Shown here piece after piece: positions 48,891-59,038 of a stretch of 64,000 nt of DNA. Each line of letters begins with the position of its first letter. Position 1 is the first letter of the stretch. The stretch spans positions 1,536,001 to 1,600,000 of the forward strand of contig CBDBZU010000004.1 in NCBI GenBank assembly GCA_965213625.1. Direction: 5' to 3'. This stretch comes from a bacterium (GTDB lineage Bacteria > UBA8248). A program made the translations under genes and the position numbers. The notes under the pieces were generated by a model. That model was given only the letters and a program-made list of their open reading frames with translations, was not told where the DNA came from and ran no database searches.

Positions 48891-49640
48891 TTAGCCAAGG
48901 GTGGAATACTGCAGCGTTGCGCCTCCGAGGACGTTCCAGGAGGCGTCGTCATCCGTCATTCCGTACAGGGAAAGGGTATGATAGCCCTCTTCATCGCGGG
49001 AGAAGCGCCTCTCGACATCGAACCTGAAGACCTGCGACGCCTCATGCGGCGTGAGTTCCAATTCGGCCGATTCCGGCGGTGTGCCGTCCAAGCCTATTCC
49101 CAAAAGAAGCGGCGAGGCGGCCCCCTCGCTCCTCACACGGCCCTCGATTTCGAGATGCGCCTCCTCCCCGCCCCAGACGAGGAAAGAGACGCTCATATCG
49201 GACGACACTTCTCGCCACCCGCCTGCGGTGATTGCCGCATCCGCGCGCAGCCTCTGCCGCCACTCGACCCGCTTTCTGTTGTGATGGCTCAGGATGAGTG
49301 TCCTGTGCTCCGGCCTGTCCGCCCAGTGGTAGTGTTTGGGCCTGCTCTCATAGGGTCTTCCCATGCCGACGAGAAGGGCGGAGGGGTCGCCGCGCATCAC
49401 CTCCTCATCGCCTATGGTCTCATGCCCCGTCGTGGAGGCAATGAGCTTTACACGCTCGCGTCCTTCATCCCAGGTCGCATAGACGTACTGCACCGTATCG
49501 ACGGGAGGCCGCGAGGCCACGTTGGGCGGAGTTTCTTGCAGGGTTCGCCGCCGCCTGCCGATACGTATTTCCCCGCCGCCGTGGCGCACGAGTTCGAGTT
49601 GGTGAAAGCCCCGGTATTCGAGACGGCACGGCTGGGACAT
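48891..49640 (-). CDS. Hypothetical beta-rich protein resembling a phage tail-fibre-associated domain
   Basis: Start at ATG 49640 (MSQPCRLEY); YVYA...ASTTGH...GD...LVGM...LSHHNR pattern. Confidence 0.65.
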   Translation of the reverse strand: MSQPCRLEYRGFHQLELVRHGGGEIRIGRRRRTLQETPPNVASRPPVDTVQYVYATWDEGRERVKLIASTTGHETIGDEEVMRGDPSALLVGMGRPYESRPKHYHWADRPEHRTLILSHHNRKRVEWRQRLRADAAITAGGWREVSSDMSVSFLVWGGEEAHLEIEGRVRSEGAASPLLLGIGLDGTPPESAELELTPHEASQVFRFDVERRFSRDEEGYHTLSLYGMTDDDASWNVLGGATLQYSTLG

Positions 49641-49780
49641 GGAGTCTTCTCCATTCGATGCGCGTTTGGCATTGTTCGATGCGCCCATCATATCACGATG
49701 TGTCGGGACTCGTGATCGTGTATCATGGCGCCGCTCCGCCGCCCGGCGGCGTCTTCTATTTCTGTGACAGGAGTTTCGAA

Positions 49781-50824
49781 ATGCGTATCGTGACCACACT
49801 ACCGATGGACGATCTGAAAAAAGCGGGCGCAGCCGCCCGGGTGCTGGAAGCGGCCGGCTATGATGGTGTGATGACCATGGAAAACGCGCACCACCCGTTC
49901 CTGCCCCTGGCGGTGGCGGCGGTGGAGACCGAGCGCGTGGAGCTTCTGACCGCCGTGGCCATCGCCTTCCCGAGGAGTCCGATGGTGTGCGCGAACGCAA
50001 GCTGGGATTTGCAAGTCGCCTCGAACGGGCGCTTCGTCCTGGGACTCGGGCCCCAGATCCGTGCGCACAACTTGCGGCGTTTCAGCGTGCCCTGGACGAA
50101 ACCCGCCGCGAGAATGCGCGAATACGTGGAATCGCTCCGCGCAATATGGCGCGCGTGGCAAAGTGGGAAAAAACTCGATTACCAGGGCGAGCACTACCAG
50201 TTCAGCCTCATGACGCCCGCCTTCACACCGCCCTCCGGTGGTCAGCCCATGGCGCCGGTCACCATCGCGGCGGTGGGGCCGGGCATGCTGAAAGTGGCGG
50301 GAAGCCGCTGCGACGGTGTACGTCTGCATCCTTTTTGCTCGAGCAGGTATTTCGAGGAATTCTGCCTGCCGAAGCTCACGGACGGGTTCGGGGAGAACGG
50401 GATTACGCGCGAGCAGTTCGAGATTACAGGCGGGGGCTACATCGTCACCGGAGCGGATGAAGAAGCCTTGAGGCGCGGGATGGATGAGGTCAAGGTGCGC
50501 CTCGGCTTTTACGGATCGACGCCCGATTACTGGCCCGTGCTCGAGATGCACGGCTACGGCGATCTGGGCCGGAAATTGAGACAGATGACGCGCGAGGGAA
50601 AATGGGGCGAGTTGGCGGGCGAGATTCCGGACGACCTTGTCCACCTTTTCGCCGCCGTGGGCGTACATGCGGAGGTCAAAGATGCGATTGAGGCGCGCTT
50701 TGCGAACGGCGTCGATACCCTCTACGCGGGGATGCTCCCCACGGCGGACAAGGACCTGCCGCCCGACCTGATTCAGGACATCCAGACGATACCGGTGGCG
50801 TTTACGGGCTACGCGGAGAGGTAG
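49781..50824 (+). CDS. LLM-class (luciferase-like) oxidoreductase, probably F420-dependent (TIGR03617-like)
   Basis: HPFLPLA, AIAFPRSP, GRFVLGLGPQ, HPF and FYGSTPDY motifs. Confidence 0.85.
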   Translation: MRIVTTLPMDDLKKAGAAARVLEAAGYDGVMTMENAHHPFLPLAVAAVETERVELLTAVAIAFPRSPMVCANASWDLQVASNGRFVLGLGPQIRAHNLRRFSVPWTKPAARMREYVESLRAIWRAWQSGKKLDYQGEHYQFSLMTPAFTPPSGGQPMAPVTIAAVGPGMLKVAGSRCDGVRLHPFCSSRYFEEFCLPKLTDGFGENGITREQFEITGGGYIVTGADEEALRRGMDEVKVRLGFYGSTPDYWPVLEMHGYGDLGRKLRQMTREGKWGELAGEIPDDLVHLFAAVGVHAEVKDAIEARFANGVDTLYAGMLPTADKDLPPDLIQDIQTIPVAFTGYAER

Positions 50825-50901
50825 GTCAGGCCCGACTGATGAAGGAGGGGCTGCTTGCCCGAGGAAGGCGGGTTTGCCGAATGAGGAGGCGTAACCGTAG
50901 T

Positions 50902-50924
50902 GACAGCCCCTCCTCGGGGCTGTC
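50902..50924. terminator. Hairpin between convergent genes
   Basis: GACAGCCCC-TCCTC-GGGGCTGTC; no U-tract. Confidence 0.4.
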
Positions 50925-50953
50925 CCACAAGCCCCCGTGCCTGTCCAGTACGC

Positions 50954-52345
<1,392 letters not shown>

Positions 52346-52438
52346 GCTGCCTCCTGCGGATGCGTTGTAAGGTATTGTTGGTCTTATCGTCTTATCGGGC
52401 CGGTCATCTTGTTTTGATCGTTGTTTTCAGGACGCGCC

Positions 52439-53467
52439 TCACCACGTGAGTACGATGCGGCCCACCGGGTCGCCCGCGCGCAGGGCGGCCAGCGCGTCGT
52501 TGGCGTCCGGCATCGGGGCTTCCTCGGTGATTACGGCGCGCACGCGGCCATCGTTCACCAGGCTCGCGGCGTCGGCCACGTCGCGCACCGTGTGGTTATG
52601 CGACGCGATGATCTGGATCCACTTATATACGAGTTGCGCGGGGTCGATCTCCACCTTCTGGCCGAAGGAATATCCCAGGATGACGAGGCGTCCGCCGGGC
52701 CGGAGCAGGTCGATGCACTGCTGGAGCACGGGCGGTACGGCGGCCCCGCCGACGATCTCGAGCGCGATATCCGCCCCGAAACCGTTCGTGATGTCCATCA
52801 CGGCCTTCACCGGGTCGGTTTCCATCGCATTCACCGTCTCGAACGCGCCCAGTTCGCGCGCCTTGGCGAGTTTCTCTTCCTTCACGTCCACGGCAATAAT
52901 GTTCGCGCCCAGGTGGTGGAGTAGTTGGAGAGCGTGCAGCCCGAGGCCCCCGACCCCGAAGATGACGGCGCACTCGCCGAGTTCGGGCCGCGCCATGCGA
53001 ATGGCGTGTAGGGGTGAGCCGAGCGTCCCGCCGATGAGGGAAGCGGCCGCCAGGGATACGTTATCGCCGATTTTCACGAGATTCCGCTCCGAGGCTGCGA
53101 CCAACTGGCCGAAACCGCCGTCTATCTCGATGCCTAAGCGTCCGGGTGAGTTCAGGCACATCTCCTCATGGCCCAGGCGGCACATGCGGCAGCGCCCGCA
53201 GGTCTGCTTGCTCACGACGACCACGCGGTCGCCGGGGGCGACGGAATCCACCTCTGCGCCCACATCGAGCACGACGCCTGAATTCTCATGGCCGAGCATC
53301 AGGGGCGTGGGGGCCGATTTGACGCTTCCGTCCACTATCTTCAAGTCCGTCGCGCACAGGCCGTTCGCCTTCGATTCCACGAGCACCTGGCGGGGGCCGA
53401 TCTTGGGTTCGGGCGCTTCTTCATAGGCGAGAGGCTGGCCGAATTGCTTGAGGATCATGGCCTTCAT
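52439..53467 (-). CDS. Zinc-dependent alcohol dehydrogenase (MDR)
   Basis: CATD, GHE, CGRCRMC...C and GVGGLG motifs. Confidence 0.9.
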   Translation of the reverse strand: MKAMILKQFGQPLAYEEAPEPKIGPRQVLVESKANGLCATDLKIVDGSVKSAPTPLMLGHENSGVVLDVGAEVDSVAPGDRVVVVSKQTCGRCRMCRLGHEEMCLNSPGRLGIEIDGGFGQLVAASERNLVKIGDNVSLAAASLIGGTLGSPLHAIRMARPELGECAVIFGVGGLGLHALQLLHHLGANIIAVDVKEEKLAKARELGAFETVNAMETDPVKAVMDITNGFGADIALEIVGGAAVPPVLQQCIDLLRPGGRLVILGYSFGQKVEIDPAQLVYKWIQIIASHNHTVRDVADAASLVNDGRVRAVITEEAPMPDANDALAALRAGDPVGRIVLTW

Positions 53468-53564
53468 GGGCGGTTCCTCCGTATCGTCGGTTTTTGGGTC
53501 GATCTCGCGGCGATTCTAGCAGGCCCGCCAAGGGGATGCCAGATGGAGTGTTCTTTCCCTTGCT

Positions 53565-53589
53565 CGTTATTCCAGCGGATGCCGGAATC
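53565..53589. repeat. Degenerate CGTC-type palindrome
   Basis: CGTTATTCCAGCGGATGCCGGAATC resembles 47286-47310. Confidence 0.55.
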
Positions 53590-53594
53590 GAGAC

Positions 53595-54338
53595 CTACAT
53601 CCCCAGCCCGCCGTCGATTCGGAGCACGATGCCCGTCACGTAGCTCGCCTCATCCGACGCCAGGAAAACAAACCCAGCCGCCATCTCCTCGGGTTCTCCC
53701 CACCTGCCCAGGCAGATGCGCTCAAGATACTTGGACTCGAATCGCTCGTCCGTGCGAATCGTCTCCGTCATGGGGGTGATGGCCGCGGGCGAGACGCAGT
53801 TCACGGTTATGTTGTGGCGTCCCAGTTCGCGCGCCGCGCTTTGCGTCGCGCCGACGATGCCCATCTTGGCGGAGGAGTAGTTGATCTGGCCGATGGTGCC
53901 GCGAAGCCCCGCGCCCGAAGTCACGTTGATGATGCGGCCTTCCTTCCGGGGGATCATGCGCTTGGCCGCCGCGTGGATGCCCGTCCAGGTGCCCTTCAAG
54001 TGGACGGCGATCACGGAGTCCCACTGCTCTTCGCTCATCTTGTGGAGCATGGCCGCGCGCACGATGCCTGCGTTGTTCACCATGACGTTGATGGGCCCGT
54101 GCGTGGCCTCAGACGCGTCGAGAGCGCCCTCGACCTCCTCCAGCTTGCTCACGTCGGCCTTGTGGAAGAGCGCCTCGCCGCCTGCCTCTCTTATCAGGCG
54201 CGCCGTCTCCTCGCCCCCCTCCTCGTTCATGTCGACGACGAGCACCTTCGCACCCTCCTCGGCGAAGCGCCGGCACACCGAGCGTCCGATGCCCTGCGCT
54301 GCGCCGGTGACGAGGGCGTTCTTGTCTTTCAGTCTCAT
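53595..54338 (-). CDS. SDR oxidoreductase (FabG/3-oxoacyl-CoA reductase-like)
   Basis: TGAAQGIG, NNAGI, YSSAK and DGG motifs. Confidence 0.92.
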   Translation of the reverse strand: MRLKDKNALVTGAAQGIGRSVCRRFAEEGAKVLVVDMNEEGGEETARLIREAGGEALFHKADVSKLEEVEGALDASEATHGPINVMVNNAGIVRAAMLHKMSEEQWDSVIAVHLKGTWTGIHAAAKRMIPRKEGRIINVTSGAGLRGTIGQINYSSAKMGIVGATQSAARELGRHNITVNCVSPAAITPMTETIRTDERFESKYLERICLGRWGEPEEMAAGFVFLASDEASYVTGIVLRIDGGLGM

Positions 54339-54362
54339 GGAATTCCTCTCTTTCTTATGGAC

Positions 54363-54764
54363 TCAGTCCAGCCAGGCCTGCGCCTCACCCCTGGTGACGA
54401 CGCGGCCGCCGGAGTCTACCGCCTCGATATCACAGGTGGCGTATTCCCGGCCATTCTCTTGCGTGACCTGGGTCACGACGCCCCGGCAGGTGATGACCTC
54501 TCCCAGCTTCACCATTCCCTGAAAGCGGACTTCGAGCCGCTTGTAGCTGCCCGCGCCGAATGTGTTCTCGACGAATTGCCCGAGAAAGCCCATCGAGAGC
54601 ATCCCGTGGGCGATGACGCCATCCAGGCCGCCCGCCCGCGCCGCCTCGTCGTCATAGTGGATCGAATTGAAATCTCCGCTTGCGCCTGCGTATTTCACAA
54701 GCTGTGTCCGCGATATGGGGTCCTTCACGAGATCGGGAAGCGCGTCGCCTTTTTGGTAGCTCAT
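54363..54764 (-). CDS. MaoC-family (R)-hydratase, catalytic (HadB-like)
   Basis: SGDFNSIHYD...IAHGM hydratase motif. Confidence 0.9.
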   Translation of the reverse strand: MSYQKGDALPDLVKDPISRTQLVKYAGASGDFNSIHYDDEAARAGGLDGVIAHGMLSMGFLGQFVENTFGAGSYKRLEVRFQGMVKLGEVITCRGVVTQVTQENGREYATCDIEAVDSGGRVVTRGEAQAWLD

Positions 54765-54774
54765 CGTCTCTCCC

Positions 54775-55209
54775 TCAGTTCTTGAATCGCCGGAGCGACA
54801 CCCACTTGCCCCCGCCTACGCGAGCGCCGTCGCGCGCGTCGGTAAACTCATATTCGCGCTCGACGAATACGAGGTCGCCCGTGCGGCCCGACTTTTCGGT
54901 GATGTCCACGATGGTGAAGGATACGTCCAGCTCATCGCCCGCTCGGATGGGCCGCTCGACCTCATAAACCTGCGAGGCGTGAAGCCCCACGTCGCCGAAA
55001 TCAGGCGGCAGATCGGGATAGGCGTCCTTTGCCCGGAAGGTGGTGGGAAACGTAGGTGGCGCGATAGCGTCGCCCCCCCGGTAGGCGGGGCTCCCGTCGC
55101 CGATAGCGTCCGCGAATTTCTCTATCGCCCCTTGCTCTACCCTCACGCGGTAGGGGCCGTGCTTTCGCCCCACCAGGGCGCGTATTTCGGGCGTGATTCT
55201 CTTGCTCAT
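54775..55209 (-). CDS. MaoC N-terminal-type hotdog protein (HadA-like)
   Basis: IEKFADAIGD, APPTF, LHASQ.Y...RPI..GD motifs. Confidence 0.85.
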   Translation of the reverse strand: MSKRITPEIRALVGRKHGPYRVRVEQGAIEKFADAIGDGSPAYRGGDAIAPPTFPTTFRAKDAYPDLPPDFGDVGLHASQVYEVERPIRAGDELDVSFTIVDITEKSGRTGDLVFVEREYEFTDARDGARVGGGKWVSLRRFKN

Positions 55210-55222
55210 GCGGGTCCTCTCG

Positions 55223-57328
55223 TCAGGTTGTCTTAATCCGAACGTCCACGGCGATGCAGCCCTCCGCCGTGGCGATGAGCGGGTTGATGTCCATCTCGGC
55301 GATATCGTGTCTTAACTCCAGCGCCAGTCTCGAAATTTTGGCCATTATATCGGATATGTGCGGAATTTGAACTTTAGGCCCGCCCCGGAAACCATCGAAG
55401 ATGGCGCGCGAGCGAAGGCCTGTGAGCGCGCTTTCGGCATCTTTTGCGTGGAATGGAGGCAGAAGCCGGGCCACGTCGTTCAAGGCTTCCACGTACACGC
55501 CGCCCAGCCCCGCCGTCACGCACGGGCCGAACGTCTCATCCCGCGATATGCCGACCAGAAGCTCCAGGCCGCCCTCAACCATCTCCTGCACCAGAAGGCG
55601 GGCATCGTCCGCGAGTGAGAGCAGCCGCTCGGCGCAGGCCCGGACTTCCTGGGCTGTATTGAGATTCAAAATCACGCCGCCCGCCTCCGTCTTGTGTGCG
55701 AGGTTCTCCGATACGACTTTGAGCGCGACGGGGGTTTGATACGCCTCCCACGCCTTGCGTGCTTCTTCCGCCGTATCGACCAGAATTTCCCGTGGCCTCG
55801 GAATACCGTAGAGGTCCATGATTTCGGCGCAGGTTTCAGGCGGCAGAAATCCATCGGCGGATGGGGGAGAACGCCTGATGCTTCGCCTGGCCGTCTCCTT
55901 CCGTGTACGGTTTTTCGAGAGGGGCTGGGACGAGGCGGCCTCGCGCGCGTTATTAAGCGACAGTAGGGAATCCAGTCCGCGAATCGCGCGTGAATAATCG
56001 CCAAAAACGGGAACGGAGGCTTTTCTAAGCGCTTCTATCTGCTCTCTCGGACCGGTGAGCCATGCGAAGGCGACGGGCACGGGTGAGGATTCGAACAGCG
56101 CCTTCACCTCCGCCGTTATCTGTTCTCCCACGTGGTGGTAGACGCCCATGAGGAAGAGCAGCGCGTCCACGTGCTCGTCTCCCGCCACCGCTTCTCCCAC
56201 CGTCTTGAGCGGCTGACTCTCCGGTTGGCTGACCATCAGGGATACGAGGTCCACCGGATTGTCCTTGGGCGCGTAGTCGGGCAGGACGCCTGCGAGTTTT
56301 TCCTGTGCTTCCCCTGAGAGGATGGGGAGTGTAAGGCCCGCTTCGGTGCTTAAGTCCGCCGCGAGCGAACCCAGCCCGCCCGAGAAGCTCAAAATCCCCA
56401 CACCGTTTCCTTCGATTGGTCTGCTGCGCGCGAGGAAATCCGCAATCTCGATGAACTCGTCCATGGAGTCCAGCACCTGAATCCCGTATTGCGCGGCGAA
56501 GGCGTCGAAGACATCACTCGAAGTCGTGATGGCGGCGGTGTGGCTGCGCGCGGCGCGCGCGCCCTCTTCAGTCTTGCCGCCCTTGAGCAGGACGATGGGT
56601 TTCCCAAGCTCGAGTGCGCGCCGGGCGACTTTTTTAAGCCGCTTGCCGTTGCGCACCGATTCCAGATACCCGCAGATGACGCGCGTGTGCGGGTCGTCGA
56701 GGAAGTAATCCACGCATTCCGCGAAATCCACGTCCACCTCGTTGCCGAGGCTCACGAGGCTGCTGATGCCCGAGCCGCTCTCCTGAAAGCCCGTGAGCAT
56801 GCACGCCCCCATCGCCCCGCTCTGGGTGACGATGGCCACTGCCCCTGGGATGAGCGGGTCCTCATCGCGGATGGATATCGTAAAAGTGGCCATGAGCTTT
56901 GAGCGCACGTGCACCACGCCCATGCAGTTGGGGCCTAAGACGCGCATGCCGGAAGCGTCGCGGAGTTCCAGGATTTTCTCCTGTAGCGCCACGCCTTCAG
57001 GGCCAGTTTCCGCGAAGCCGGACGTAATGACGGCTGCGGCCTTTACGCCGCTTTCCGCGCACTGGGTGAGGGCGGGGAGCACGTCTTCTCTCGGGGTGCA
57101 GATGAGAGCGAATTCTGGCGCCTCGGGCAGGGAGGCGACGTCCGGGTAGCACTTAAGCCCCGCTATCACGTCCCGCCTCGGGTTGATGGGGTAGATGGGG
57201 CCGGGAAAGCCGTATTTCATCGTGAGGCGCAGGGGAATGCCGCCCAGGCGGTTCAGGTCGGAAGCCGCGCCCACTACAGCGAAAGAATTCGGGTGAAACA
57301 GGCTCGTCAGGGATTCGCGCGCGCTCAT
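55223..57328 (-). CDS. Acyl-CoA synthetase (NDP-forming), fused alpha/beta
   Basis: YPINP, SGFAE, GPNCMG, SHT (phospho-His), HKTEAGGV and DINPL motifs. Confidence 0.9.
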   Translation of the reverse strand: MSARESLTSLFHPNSFAVVGAASDLNRLGGIPLRLTMKYGFPGPIYPINPRRDVIAGLKCYPDVASLPEAPEFALICTPREDVLPALTQCAESGVKAAAVITSGFAETGPEGVALQEKILELRDASGMRVLGPNCMGVVHVRSKLMATFTISIRDEDPLIPGAVAIVTQSGAMGACMLTGFQESGSGISSLVSLGNEVDVDFAECVDYFLDDPHTRVICGYLESVRNGKRLKKVARRALELGKPIVLLKGGKTEEGARAARSHTAAITTSSDVFDAFAAQYGIQVLDSMDEFIEIADFLARSRPIEGNGVGILSFSGGLGSLAADLSTEAGLTLPILSGEAQEKLAGVLPDYAPKDNPVDLVSLMVSQPESQPLKTVGEAVAGDEHVDALLFLMGVYHHVGEQITAEVKALFESSPVPVAFAWLTGPREQIEALRKASVPVFGDYSRAIRGLDSLLSLNNAREAASSQPLSKNRTRKETARRSIRRSPPSADGFLPPETCAEIMDLYGIPRPREILVDTAEEARKAWEAYQTPVALKVVSENLAHKTEAGGVILNLNTAQEVRACAERLLSLADDARLLVQEMVEGGLELLVGISRDETFGPCVTAGLGGVYVEALNDVARLLPPFHAKDAESALTGLRSRAIFDGFRGGPKVQIPHISDIMAKISRLALELRHDIAEMDINPLIATAEGCIAVDVRIKTT

Positions 57329-57339
57329 GGGGTGGGGTG

Positions 57340-57777
57340 CTAGTCGAGGCTGCCGGCGGCGGCGCCAATGGTGACGGCTGCGCCGTCCTGGTTTACAAGC
57401 GAAATGTCGAAGAGATAGCGCGTCGCGCCGTCCTCAGGCGTTTTCTCCCTGAGCACAGCCTTCAGCGTCAGAATGTCGCCCGGGAAGATGGGTTTCACGA
57501 AAGAAACGTCCACCTCACCACGCGTGATGAAGCCCATCCCCAGGTGGTCGACCATGAGTTCGGTGATGAACGACACCGGGTGGCGGCCTGTCGCCACCGC
57601 GCGGGGGAGACCCGCCTTTCTGGCCACCTCATCGTCCGTGTGGATGTTCTTCGTATCCACGCCGCCGGTGACGTAGCGGTTGAATTTCAGGATGTCCTCC
57701 CAATCCACCTTGTGCGTTCGCTCGGGTAGTTCATCCCCAATATTCATATTGTCGAGTTCTGCTGGCTTATTAATCAT
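57340..57777 (-). CDS. MaoC-family dehydratase
   Basis: DTKNIHTD (D-x4-H) and FVKPIFPGD motifs. Confidence 0.82.
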   Translation of the reverse strand: MINKPAELDNMNIGDELPERTHKVDWEDILKFNRYVTGGVDTKNIHTDDEVARKAGLPRAVATGRHPVSFITELMVDHLGMGFITRGEVDVSFVKPIFPGDILTLKAVLREKTPEDGATRYLFDISLVNQDGAAVTIGAAAGSLD

Positions 57778-58213
57778 CTTCTCCGTGCTTTCTCGTAAGG
57801 CTCAATACGGATGTGTGCGAGGAGGTGAGTAGCAACTCTCCCGCCTCGTTCGTGACGGCGAGTTCGCTCACGATCCAGCCCTTCTCGCGCTTCACGTACA
57901 GGTCTTTCACCGTGACTTTCTGGTGCACCGTCTCGCCGACCGGCACGGGCCTGTGGAAGCGGTAGCCGAGCTTGGCGTGGATTGTGCCGAAGCGCTTGTA
58001 GTTCTCATCATAAATGGCGAGCAGGTCGTTGATGAAGATCAACGGCGGCGCGATGGGACCGCCCGCGGGGGAATCGCCGGCATACCACTCCCGCTTTGCG
58101 CCCACGGCGTCGCAGTGCGCGTCCACCATCTCTTGCGTCACAGAGACGCTGCGCTCGCCGATTGTCATGCCGACTTCCAAGTTCTCCCAGACGAAATCGG
58201 GTTTCTCGTTCAT
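57770..58213 (-). CDS. MaoC N-terminal-type hotdog protein
   Basis: IAPP and IHAKLGYRFHRPVPVGE motifs; overlaps the next gene. Confidence 0.78.
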   Translation of the reverse strand: MNEKPDFVWENLEVGMTIGERSVSVTQEMVDAHCDAVGAKREWYAGDSPAGGPIAPPLIFINDLLAIYDENYKRFGTIHAKLGYRFHRPVPVGETVHQKVTVKDLYVKREKGWIVSELAVTNEAGELLLTSSHTSVLSLTRKHGEDD

Positions 58214-58356
58214 TCGCGATACTCCATGCGCTGATGGGGGAGTGGATTCACTCGGTGCGTTTTTCGCCGTTTTCGGGCCTAGTATTAACCCGAACGGGTC
58301 CCGAAAAACAAGGGCGGTGGGAAGATATCTCTACTGCGTCGTCTTGCAAATCGGCT

Positions 58357-59022
58357 TCAGTTGTCGCCCTCTTTCGGCCCCGGGAAAGTTTCGGGCCAAT
58401 CCGCCGCCACCTCTTCGAGGTAGGTCTTCAAGTTCTCCGGGTCCTGCCTGCGCCCGATGGTGATGCCCGATATCGTTTTCGGTTCATCGAGCGGAATGCG
58501 CAGGGCGTCCTGGAAGCGGTTTCTCATGTTGAAATAGGTGATGACCATCGTGAGTTCGACGAATTCTTGGTCGTCGAAGTGGCGCCGCACCTCCTCGAAC
58601 ACGTCGTCGCGCGTCTTGGCGGTGTTCTTCGTCACATGCTCCGCCCACAGTACGGCGGCCTTCTCGCGTGCGTTCATCGTTTCGGAGTCCATATAGGCGT
58701 CCGAGCAGATTTCCTGCACCTGCACCTCGGTGACTCCGGCGTCTCGACCGAGCGCCGTATTGTGCCCGAGTCAGTAGTCGCACCCGTTCAGGTGGCTCGT
58801 CTTGATGACTGCGATTTCCTTGATCTTGGTGGGCAGCACCGTGCCCAGCCCCTCGCGCATGAGGGTGACGGTGAGCGGCAGGATGACTTTGGCGACGTAG
58901 GGCTGGTAGGCCATGACGGCGAAGGAATTCGCCACGCGGCCAAGCATCTTCGTCACGCCTGTGAATAGTTTCGCGGCCTCGCCTTCGGCTTCCTCGACAG
59001 GGATCGGTTTCATATAACTCAT
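58357..59022 (-). CDS. AhpD/carboxymuconolactone decarboxylase-family selenoprotein (Sec at UGA 58773-58771)
   Basis: Two ORFs share a frame; read-through gives KEIAVIKTSHLNGCDY-U-LGHN, matching the CMD CxxC..H motif; SECIS-like hairpin follows. Confidence 0.88.
58731..58773 (-). promoter_or_regulatory. Bacterial SECIS element
   Basis: UGACUC/GAGUCA lower stem; CGGCG-CUC[GGUC]GAG-A-CGCCG upper stem with a G/GU apical loop ~21 nt after the UGA. Confidence 0.8.
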
Positions 59023-59038
59023 TCTTGCGCCCCCTTGC

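Noticed and set aside
49641-50000. Pro/Arg-rich N-terminal extension of ORF 48891-50000
   Set aside because: Low-complexity sequence overlapping the LLM gene on the opposite strand; ATG 49640 has a GGAG SD upstream
50836-50930. CTGATGA suggesting a hammerhead ribozyme
   Set aside because: No correctly placed GAAA core after a stem II; the hairpins are explained as a spacer between convergent genes
58771-58773. Treating the CMD gene as a nonsense pseudogene
   Set aside because: The TGA falls exactly on the second Cys of CxxC, is followed by a SECIS-like hairpin, and both halves are otherwise intact
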